Sequence record: PX667085.1
Length of the DNA stretch: 64,000 bases
Source: a phage
Reading direction: 5' to 3' (one strand)
Position 1 is the first letter of the stretch. Each line of letters opens with the position of its first letter. A program made the translations under genes and the position numbers. The notes beneath the pieces are model-generated. The model was not told the origin of the DNA and ran no database searches. It was given only the letters and a program-made list of their open reading frames with translations. Of the stretch, positions 28,364 to 36,304 are shown in pieces.

Positions 28364-30960
28364 TGAGTAAGTTTACATGGGATATTGAAGCAAACGGATT
28401 GTTGAATAATGACACTATTGATTATTTAGCTAGTCCTTATCGTCTCAAAGACACATTTCAAATGCACTGTATTGTCTTAGAGAACCATGAAACAGGAGAA
28501 ATAGTAGCTTTCCACGATGGCCCTAAATACATCTTTGATGGGCGTCCTTACGAAGAGTCAGATGGTAAATACACATATGTTCTTAAAGAGTATGTGGCGC
28601 AAGATTACACACATTTTCAACTAAAAGATTTCCCAGATTTTATTAATCATGAAGGTTATTTTAAAGACAAGCCTGAATATCTAGTTGAAATGGCTGTGGC
28701 TCACAACGGTATCAACTACGACTGGTTGGCTACAAAACTGTTTTATGGATTAGATTACAGTGTTAAATATAATACGTGGGGCAAAAATAAGGTAAAACTT
28801 ATTGACTCCTTGATTTTGAGTAAAGTGTTAAACCCAGATCGAAAGATTGAGGGCAAATCAGGACATAGCTTGGCAGCACTTTCTCGAAAAGCAGGTGGTG
28901 ATGTAAAAATAGATTTCCGTAAAGAGATTCCAGAAGAAGATCGATTTAAGACTTTTGCTGCGGATATGCTTTATTACTGTATCTATGACAACAAAGCCAA
29001 TACGAGCGTATATAATTACCTTATGGAAGAATGGGGTGATTATGATAAATGGGAAGGTCCATTTGAACTTGAACAACGTGTAGCAGACATTATTACACGC
29101 CAGGAACACCGTGGGTTTGCTTTTAACATGAAACAAGCAGAAGAGAACCTTGCTTTTTTGGATGCAGAAATGGAGCGTCTTCGTTTACTCGTTGAGCCTA
29201 TTTTGCCACCTAAACCAGCAACAAAAGGTTATCTTAAGGCTTTTATTCCACCTAAGTTGCAAATTAAAAAGAACTTAGAGCCAACTAACCATATGATCAA
29301 TTTTGCTAAGAAACATGATGGTCATTTGGAAGAGAGGGATGGCGATTGGTGGTTAGTTATGTTGGGGAAAGAGTGGAAACTGCCAGTTGCAGCAGATGAG
29401 CCTCTATGTGATCCTAACATTCCTGCAACATTGAACGATACAACCCATATTAAAAACTGGCTTGTAGGATTAGGTTGGGTACCGTCTGAATATAAAGATA
29501 AAGACTTGACGCTTAAATCTGGCACCAAAATTAAAAAGAGCGAGGAAGAACTTCAGAAAGGTATTAGAGCTTACGTTGAGCAAACTCTATCTTCTAATTT
29601 TTGTCAGGATCGTTGTGATCATCTGGAGTGCACACCGGAAACTTTGGAAAGGAAGATTCAAGAGCGTATAGCAAAAGGTAAAGGTCGCGGTCTTAAAGTA
29701 TTGACTAACCCGTGTTTTACCAAAGGTCAGGAAAAAGAAATTTGTCCTAACCTGCAAGCTTTGGGTGAGAAGTTTCCTTATGCTACACAGATTGTAGAAT
29801 ACTTAACGTATAAGCATCGTAGGAACTCTATTTTAGGTGGCGGTGCTGATTGGGAAGAAGATGAAGAAGATCAAGAATACGATAAAGGTTTCTTAGCCGC
29901 AGTAAGGGCAGATGGTCGTATTCCTACCCCAGCCGCTACATGTGATGCTGCAACTTCTCGTATGAAGCACAGATCTGTAGCTAATATTCCTCGTGTCACA
30001 TCTTTGTTTGGATGGGAGATGCGTAACTTGTTTGGTGTAGAGGTTCCTAAATACTTCCAGATTGGCTACGACTTCGACTCTTTAGAAGCAAAAATTGAAT
30101 CGCATTACTGTTGGCGGTACGAGCCGGAGCCACACGAATATTGTAACGCTCTGTTGTTAGAGAAACCTAATGATGTTCACACAATGATGGCAAAACGTAT
30201 CACTGAAACTATTGGACGCAAATTTGAACGTAGTCCTGCTAAATCTGTTAAGTATGGTATTACCTATGGTGCACAAGCCGACAAGGTTGCTAAAACAATT
30301 GGTAGTGATAAGTTTACAGGTCAGTTGGTGTTCGATGCTTTCTGGGAAGCTGCGTTCCCATTGGCGCGTCTTAAAGAACGTTTAAACGATTTCTGGGTTA
30401 AGACTGGTAAACAATATGTTTTAGGTATTGACGGTCGTAAGGTTCCTACTCGTTCTGCTCACGCGATTCTTAACTCTCTGTTCCAAAGCGGTGGGGTTAT
30501 CTGTGCTAAACGTGCAATGGTTATTTATGACGATATGATCGAAGAAGAAGGACTAAGTGTTGACTTCTTTAAAGATGACTGGAAGAATAAAGACTTCGTG
30601 CAACAAATGATTGCATATCACGATGAAGCCCAGCTTGAAGTTTCTCGTAACCTTGTAGAATTCAAATGGTTTTCACCGGAATCATTAGGTTGGAAGAAAG
30701 TAGACGATCCTGAAGAACAAAAGAAAATTGATAAAGAATGCCTTGCTAAAGTTGAAGAATGGAAGCATAATAAGGAAAAAGAGACAGGGCAAATTTGGGC
30801 TAACATTCATGAATCTCCCAAAGGTGGATGGTTTACAGCTTATAGTCGGGCAGGTGAACTTGCTGCTTTAGCTGTTACTAAGGCTGGAGAATTTTACAAT
30901 CTTAACGTTCAGCTTACTGCCGGATATGATGTGGGTAATTCCTGGGCGTCTTGTCACTAG
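28363..30960 (+). CDS. family A DNA polymerase with 3-prime-5-prime exonuclease
   Basis: Exo I DIEANGL near N-terminus; motif B-like KYGITYGAQ; motif C HDE; GTG start. Confidence 0.8.
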   Translation: MSKFTWDIEANGLLNNDTIDYLASPYRLKDTFQMHCIVLENHETGEIVAFHDGPKYIFDGRPYEESDGKYTYVLKEYVAQDYTHFQLKDFPDFINHEGYFKDKPEYLVEMAVAHNGINYDWLATKLFYGLDYSVKYNTWGKNKVKLIDSLILSKVLNPDRKIEGKSGHSLAALSRKAGGDVKIDFRKEIPEEDRFKTFAADMLYYCIYDNKANTSVYNYLMEEWGDYDKWEGPFELEQRVADIITRQEHRGFAFNMKQAEENLAFLDAEMERLRLLVEPILPPKPATKGYLKAFIPPKLQIKKNLEPTNHMINFAKKHDGHLEERDGDWWLVMLGKEWKLPVAADEPLCDPNIPATLNDTTHIKNWLVGLGWVPSEYKDKDLTLKSGTKIKKSEEELQKGIRAYVEQTLSSNFCQDRCDHLECTPETLERKIQERIAKGKGRGLKVLTNPCFTKGQEKEICPNLQALGEKFPYATQIVEYLTYKHRRNSILGGGADWEEDEEDQEYDKGFLAAVRADGRIPTPAATCDAATSRMKHRSVANIPRVTSLFGWEMRNLFGVEVPKYFQIGYDFDSLEAKIESHYCWRYEPEPHEYCNALLLEKPNDVHTMMAKRITETIGRKFERSPAKSVKYGITYGAQADKVAKTIGSDKFTGQLVFDAFWEAAFPLARLKERLNDFWVKTGKQYVLGIDGRKVPTRSAHAILNSLFQSGGVICAKRAMVIYDDMIEEEGLSVDFFKDDWKNKDFVQQMIAYHDEAQLEVSRNLVEFKWFSPESLGWKKVDDPEEQKKIDKECLAKVEEWKHNKEKETGQIWANIHESPKGGWFTAYSRAGELAALAVTKAGEFYNLNVQLTAGYDVGNSWASCH

Positions 30961-30978
30961 TTAACTCATTGTTTTATA

Positions 30979-30996
30979 AGGGGCTTCTGCCCCTTT
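30979..30996 (+). terminator. hairpin, putative terminator
   Basis: aggggc-ttct-gcccct then TTT; ribosome binding site of next gene follows. Confidence 0.5.
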
Positions 30997-31008
30997 ATAG
31001 GAGGAGAT

Positions 31009-31200
31009 ATGCATTACGATTTAGATTGTCTTGGTATGCCTTACCTACCAGATGAATTTGAAGGTGAAGAAGAACGTGAATGGGACGATGGGGATATCCG
31101 TTGTTGGTCTTGTGGTAAAGATATGTCTTATGAACAACATATGCACAATGATGGTTTCTGCATACATTGTTATAATGAAATTGATCTGGAGGAAGATTAA
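31009..31200 (+). CDS. small Cys-rich acidic protein (zinc-ribbon-like)
   Basis: CWSCGKD ... CIHCYNE; AGGAGG ribosome binding site. Confidence 0.5.
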   Translation: MHYDLDCLGMPYLPDEFEGEEEREWDDGDIRCWSCGKDMSYEQHMHNDGFCIHCYNEIDLEED

Positions 31201-31367
31201 TGGGAAATGGTATCATGATTTGCTATAAAATTGTGCGTATTGTCGGAGACGAAATTACCACTCGGTATTTTATGATAGAGTCTCAAGCCGATGAGGTTTA
31301 CAATGACTGGCTTGAAAAAGGTGGATACGATTTTGTATCTAAAGAAACTTTCCGTTTAGAAGTATAA
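31200..31367 (+). CDS. small hypothetical protein (55 aa, absent from ORF track)
   Basis: ATG overlaps upstream stop (TAATG); open frame ends just before next ribosome binding site. Confidence 0.3.
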   Translation: MGNGIMICYKIVRIVGDEITTRYFMIESQADEVYNDWLEKGGYDFVSKETFRLEV

Positions 31368-31377
31368 GGAGAAAACA

Positions 31378-31596
31378 ATGCGTAAATTAGTGAGCTTTAA
31401 TGTTTCAATTCTTGTTGATGAACAAAATGAAGATGTTATTAAAGGTCTTGCAAATAAGATTGCAGGTGGAATGACGGAAGCTGAAGTGTGGGAAGAATGT
31501 GCTCGACTTTATGAGGAAGGTGTTATTGAGGTCTTGGGGGATGAGATTAATATGGACGATGTTGTAAAAGTAACTGTGGAGCGTATCAATGACTAA
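31378..31596 (+). CDS. hypothetical protein (72 aa)
   Basis: AAGGAGAA ribosome binding site. Confidence 0.5.
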   Translation: MRKLVSFNVSILVDEQNEDVIKGLANKIAGGMTEAEVWEECARLYEEGVIEVLGDEINMDDVVKVTVERIND

Positions 31597-32182
31597 ATCA
31601 AAACAAATCAATATTGCCAAAGAAATTCTTACCGTATTAAAGATCGCTGATCCTAATTCTGTCTTGGCTGGCGGTGCTGTTCGTGATTGGCGTATTCTTG
31701 ATATTGCTGGACGTGATCTGGATTTCTATACATCCCTTCCTGCACATCGGACTGAAGAACAAATACAAGGATTAATTGCATCTGCTTTAATGGGAACCAA
31801 TATTCGTAAACTAGGAAACAAAGAGGCTTCTGACAATTATGAAGGTGTTACTGGTCTTAAACACGTTTTTGAGTTTGAACGTGATGGTCAGCTTTGCAAC
31901 CTTATGATTATGGAACCAAGCGTAATGACAACCTTTCTAAATGAGTTCGATCTGTCCATCTGCCAGGCTGCATTTGATGGGAAGGATTGTTATTATTCTA
32001 AAGATTTTGAAACAACCTTGGAAACAGGGATCTGCTTCTTGCACAAAGACGTTAGAGAAGATGCCAAACACGTTATTAAAATTGCTACACGTTTCCCATA
32101 TCTTCGTTTTGTGAAAGAGGTTAAGGTTCCACGTCCACCTCAAGTAGATACCAGATTGGAAGAAGATGATATTCCTTGGTAA
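31589..32182 (+). CDS. Pol-beta-superfamily nucleotidyltransferase (CCA-adding/poly(A) polymerase head-domain-like)
   Basis: LAGGAVRDWRILDIAGRDLDFY matches the GGxVRD...DxD head motif; only 197 aa. Confidence 0.5.
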   Translation: MTKSKQINIAKEILTVLKIADPNSVLAGGAVRDWRILDIAGRDLDFYTSLPAHRTEEQIQGLIASALMGTNIRKLGNKEASDNYEGVTGLKHVFEFERDGQLCNLMIMEPSVMTTFLNEFDLSICQAAFDGKDCYYSKDFETTLETGICFLHKDVREDAKHVIKIATRFPYLRFVKEVKVPRPPQVDTRLEEDDIPW

Positions 32183-32227
32183 TTAAAGCTTGACAATATT
32201 AAACATTTTATGATAGGATAGCATTCA

Positions 32228-32620
32228 ATGACTGAACGTTCTAAGATAGCTGTTGAAACTGTTTATGGAAACTATACCAGTTTGACACTAGTTGAGAAAA
32301 ATGTTGTAGGTCTTGACAACTCTTTTTATTTTCAAATTTTGGTTATTCAAGGTGGAAACAAGAAGCTAACTGCTCGTGTTGAAACATCTGAAATAATTGA
32401 AACCACTGTTACAAACAAAGAATTCATTTCACTGCAAGATACAATCCGAAACGTTATAGACGAAGAAGGCAAAGCTGCCACAATTAAACTCGGAGGTTTC
32501 CCAGTGCAAATAGTTCATTTTCCTAATGGTGAAATTGGAGTTGGAATAGGTAAAGGTAAATACCTGTTAGAGCAAGATGATATGGAAAGACTCCGTTCTT
32601 TCTGTGCAAAATTAATGTAA
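32228..32620 (+). CDS. hypothetical protein (130 aa)
   Basis: ORF after TTGACA-containing intergenic region; weak ribosome binding site. Confidence 0.45.
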   Translation: MTERSKIAVETVYGNYTSLTLVEKNVVGLDNSFYFQILVIQGGNKKLTARVETSEIIETTVTNKEFISLQDTIRNVIDEEGKAATIKLGGFPVQIVHFPNGEIGVGIGKGKYLLEQDDMERLRSFCAKLM

Positions 32621-32636
32621 TGTAGAGGAGATAATA

Positions 32637-33524
32637 ATGTCCGTAATTAATACTGAAACTGATCGTAAAGGCAAAACCGTAACTTATGCAACTGGTATCG
32701 TAGACTACGTTAAACTGGATAAATTCGCTGAACCTAAAACTTTTCATTGGGAAGGAAAAACGATTGTTTCAACTCACCGAGCTTCTCTTGTTCTGAAAGA
32801 GAAAGGTGCTAAACCAGATGAGAAAGGTGTTTGGATTTCTCTTGGTGACATTGAACTGAAAGAAGGTTATGAAAACCTGCAAGTCAAAGAAGGTGATAAT
32901 TGGATCACTATTGAAAAAGGTGTAGAAGTAAGTATTGATATTGATCGCGTTGATAATAAAGGCGGTAAAACTTACTACAATACTAAAAAATCTCGTATTA
33001 CAGTATTGTCTACCGATGGTGTTCAGAAGTCTAACAAATCTTCTGGCAATAAAGGTTCCAACGATGCTGCTCCTAAGCAATCCTATAAAAAACGTGATAC
33101 TGTAGGTCTGGAAACTGGTCACGCAGTAAATGGTGCACTGGAACTGATTCGTAATGGTGTTAAAGGCGATGCTTTCGATATCGCTGGGGTTGTTCAATCT
33201 GCAACTGTCACGCTGAAATCGGAAATTGCTGAATCTCGTGGCGTTGATATTAATGATTATGATCTTGGGGCATCTGTTGGTCACGCTATTCTTAATGCTT
33301 GTAAAGACCATACCATTAAGACTGTATCTGTAGAAGATCTGATTGACTCTGCTCGTAAAGTTCTAGCTCTGTCTGATAAAGTTGCTGCTGCCATTCGTGG
33401 TTCCGCAGAACAACCTAAGAAAGAAGAGAAGAAAGAAGTTAAAAAGCCTGAACCACAACCAGAACCAACTCCAAGCAATCAAGAAGAACCTCCAATGGAC
33501 TTCGATGATGATATTCCATTCTGA
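32637..33524 (+). CDS. putative single-stranded DNA-binding protein
   Basis: C-terminus EPPMDFDDDIPF matches the E. coli SSB C-terminal tip (from memory); basic/acidic linker precedes it. Confidence 0.55.
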   Translation: MSVINTETDRKGKTVTYATGIVDYVKLDKFAEPKTFHWEGKTIVSTHRASLVLKEKGAKPDEKGVWISLGDIELKEGYENLQVKEGDNWITIEKGVEVSIDIDRVDNKGGKTYYNTKKSRITVLSTDGVQKSNKSSGNKGSNDAAPKQSYKKRDTVGLETGHAVNGALELIRNGVKGDAFDIAGVVQSATVTLKSEIAESRGVDINDYDLGASVGHAILNACKDHTIKTVSVEDLIDSARKVLALSDKVAAAIRGSAEQPKKEEKKEVKKPEPQPEPTPSNQEEPPMDFDDDIPF

Positions 33525-33551
33525 TCTTATTGATTTATAAAGAGTTTTTAT

Positions 33552-33586
33552 AAAAGAAAAGGGAACCTTTGCGGGTTCCCTTTTTT
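33552..33586. terminator. bidirectional rho-independent terminator
   Basis: gggaacc/ggttccc hairpin flanked by an A-run and T6 between convergent genes. Confidence 0.7.
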
Positions 33587-33587
33587 A

Positions 33588-36263
33588 TTAGTCGTAATAT
33601 TTCAAACCTGTAATGAACTTCGATCCCCAATCCGCACTTGCGGCGGTGAACGTCAACATCCAAGTTGTAGCTGTACCAGTGAAGACCTCTCGTTGCACAG
33701 TACCATCAGTGTGGTAAATGTCCACGCCAGTATGTCCATTCTTAGGAATAGTGAAGGTAACAGCACTGGTAGTGTCTCGTGCATAAGAACAAACAAATGG
33801 TGTCCCCGCCCAAACTGGATTTGTCATATCACCCATCTCAAGCTGTGGAACCCAAGCAATAAGACCTGCCGTACCATCTCCTGCGAAAGTGTCTGATCCA
33901 CTTGCATTCAAAGCTATAATCTCATAGGTTATAGATGCTTGTTTGGCAACTGTCACTTTGTGTAGAATTACACGATACCAACCGTTCCCCATATCGATTA
34001 TGTTTGCATCTGCACCTGTAAATGTTCCAGCTACAAGATCATAAGTCCCTTCGTTAATCTCATCTCCTGAAGTCAATTTGAGTTTCACTTTAGTGATCCC
34101 GTCTGGCTTCAAGAATACGGATGCCGCCCAGTGCTTACCTGCTGTAATATCAGAAGCTGTATTCACTGCTGATAAAATATGTTGTCCTGAAGTTGTAGAA
34201 GGTGTTAACTTGTAAGTGTTAGCCGTAGTTCCAACCGGAGAGTTGATTGTTGATGCTGTGACTGTCAAGTTCGTCTTCAACCACGGGGAAGCTGTTGTCA
34301 AGTTATTGTTGATAAAGATATGTGTACGGTTGGCTGCTACAACACGTCTACCTTGTGGAGTTGTACCAACATATTCTAAAGGTGCTACGGGAGCAGAACT
34401 CTCTGTAGGTACAAGGATATCTCCAGAAGCCCTGGCATAACGGTTACTCCTGTTGACCTTTACATCCGCCGGAATAGTTTCTTGCGTCAAATCATAGTCC
34501 ATCACAATGACCACAGCATTCACTGTGAGATAAGAACTATCTTCGGCAGTTACCACACCTTGATAAGTTGCTCTACAACCGATACGACAACCTCCATCAG
34601 CAACCGCTGTAATAACGCCTGTAACGGGGTCAACTGTTGCTACCGTAGGGTCATTAGAGAAATACTCAACAACCATACCAGGTAAGCTTGCTGCTCCTGT
34701 TGGCGTTATTTCTGCTACCATTGTTTGTGTTGTTCCTACATCCATCGCAGATAAGCTAGGAGTGTAAACGCTCAATGTTGAAGCATATCCTCCAGAGGTA
34801 TCTGATAAAGTTGTTCCTTCAGCGTTTAAGGCTGTCATACCTGCATCAAAACCACCTTCTGCATGGAAAGTCATTAAACCAGTAGATGATATTGTCATGT
34901 TTGCAGGGGCAGAAGAAGTGTATTTAATATTGAAAAGTTTACCTCCTTCTGGGCTAACAGAATGTGTCAACTGTTTAGTTCCACCTACAATACAAATTCC
35001 TAAAGAATCTGTAGTTAAGCCAGTTGCCAGAATATCACCCGTAATCACGGAGCTTGCTATTGGTGTGAATTTATTATAGTTTAGACCACTATTGAACAGA
35101 TACGAGGCTTTCCCATCTTTCCAAATACCGGAATAATACATATCCCCGTTATAAACGAAAAAGGTTCCTTGATAACCTAATTGGTTAGTAATATCCATAT
35201 TCAGCGTATGAACGCTTGTGAGCTTGTTTATATCCCAGGAACCCACTCCTTCAGGTTTAACTGGTTTTCCCACTTGGAGTGGATCTCCGCTCGCAGAATC
35301 ATACCCCAAACCTAAGTTTGCAGTGTAGTTCTTACCAATAGCCCACAAGGAATTGTTGATCCCAACGAAAAAAGAGTGGCGGTTTGGTGGAAATTTCCAT
35401 GTTGAGAAACCTGCTGCAAAGGTATCCAGTTTAGTGTAGGTTGTTTCTGTATTAGACCTGACATATAAGTAGTTTACCGTGCCCGTACCACCGGAGGTAT
35501 CTCCTACAACTATTGTCTGGGAAACTGTATTGATGTAATCTTTGACATACACTGTTTCAGTAGCGGATATCGTGGCATTGACAAAAGCGGTTGTTGTGTT
35601 ATTATTACCTGCTAAACCTTTACTAGCTCCACAAACACGCAAGGTTCCCACATTGTTGACATAAGAGCATTGGTTGTAACCTGCATCAAAAGCAACTGCT
35701 GAACTTGTTATCTGACGAGGAGTAGAAACTTCGTTAGTAGTGCTTGCACCTAAACTACCTACTGTGTTTTGACCCGATCCATAAAGAACACCACTATTCA
35801 TTAACCAGAGAGTATTGTTATACCCTCCTTTAACCTCTTTAAGATTGGCTAAAGAAATAGTCCCTGTTATTACAGATGGAAAGCTGGTCCAAGTAGTTAC
35901 ACATGCATCCGTACCACCTGCTGCTATAGATCCTACCAACCCTGCTGTCAATCCTGAATATTGCCATCCCCCACTGTTAGTTTTAATAACAAAACAACGA
36001 TCTGCGGTAAACACATCCGCTACTACAGTAGAAGCTAAGTGGAAATTATTGAATCGTGCACTACGAGTTCCATCTGCAATCTCACCAAAGAGGTTTGCGC
36101 CTTGAGTAAACAATCTACCATCATTAAGCAAAATTGCCAAACTGCTGTTAGAATTACCAGCGTTATCTGGGTAATCTAAAGTAATTACTTTTTTAACAAT
36201 ACCTGCTGGCAGAGGAACGACACCAGTGCTGGTCATAATAGTAAATATTGGAATTGGAAACAT
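33588..36263 (-). CDS. tail fibre / receptor-binding protein (891 aa)
   Basis: Large Gly/Thr/Ser/Asn-rich protein at the distal end of the tail module; GGAGGG ribosome binding site. Confidence 0.55.
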   Translation of the reverse strand: MFPIPIFTIMTSTGVVPLPAGIVKKVITLDYPDNAGNSNSSLAILLNDGRLFTQGANLFGEIADGTRSARFNNFHLASTVVADVFTADRCFVIKTNSGGWQYSGLTAGLVGSIAAGGTDACVTTWTSFPSVITGTISLANLKEVKGGYNNTLWLMNSGVLYGSGQNTVGSLGASTTNEVSTPRQITSSAVAFDAGYNQCSYVNNVGTLRVCGASKGLAGNNNTTTAFVNATISATETVYVKDYINTVSQTIVVGDTSGGTGTVNYLYVRSNTETTYTKLDTFAAGFSTWKFPPNRHSFFVGINNSLWAIGKNYTANLGLGYDSASGDPLQVGKPVKPEGVGSWDINKLTSVHTLNMDITNQLGYQGTFFVYNGDMYYSGIWKDGKASYLFNSGLNYNKFTPIASSVITGDILATGLTTDSLGICIVGGTKQLTHSVSPEGGKLFNIKYTSSAPANMTISSTGLMTFHAEGGFDAGMTALNAEGTTLSDTSGGYASTLSVYTPSLSAMDVGTTQTMVAEITPTGAASLPGMVVEYFSNDPTVATVDPVTGVITAVADGGCRIGCRATYQGVVTAEDSSYLTVNAVVIVMDYDLTQETIPADVKVNRSNRYARASGDILVPTESSAPVAPLEYVGTTPQGRRVVAANRTHIFINNNLTTASPWLKTNLTVTASTINSPVGTTANTYKLTPSTTSGQHILSAVNTASDITAGKHWAASVFLKPDGITKVKLKLTSGDEINEGTYDLVAGTFTGADANIIDMGNGWYRVILHKVTVAKQASITYEIIALNASGSDTFAGDGTAGLIAWVPQLEMGDMTNPVWAGTPFVCSYARDTTSAVTFTIPKNGHTGVDIYHTDGTVQREVFTGTATTWMLTFTAASADWGSKFITGLKYYD

Positions 36264-36274
36264 TTAAACCCTCC

Positions 36275-36300
36275 ATAAAAAGAAAGCCCCTTTCGGGGCT
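36275..36300 (-). terminator. rho-independent terminator (minus strand)
   Basis: agcccc/ggggct hairpin followed by a U-rich tract on the minus strand. Confidence 0.55.
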
Positions 36301-36304
36301 TCTG

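Noticed and set aside
32183-32227. TTGACA at 32189 as a promoter for the 32228 ORF
   Set aside because: No convincing -10 hexamer at correct spacing and the ribosome binding site is weak; left uncalled.
32769-33478. Minus-strand ORFs antisense to the SSB-like gene
   Set aside because: They lie upstream of the bidirectional terminator in the plus-strand module and have no ribosome binding site.
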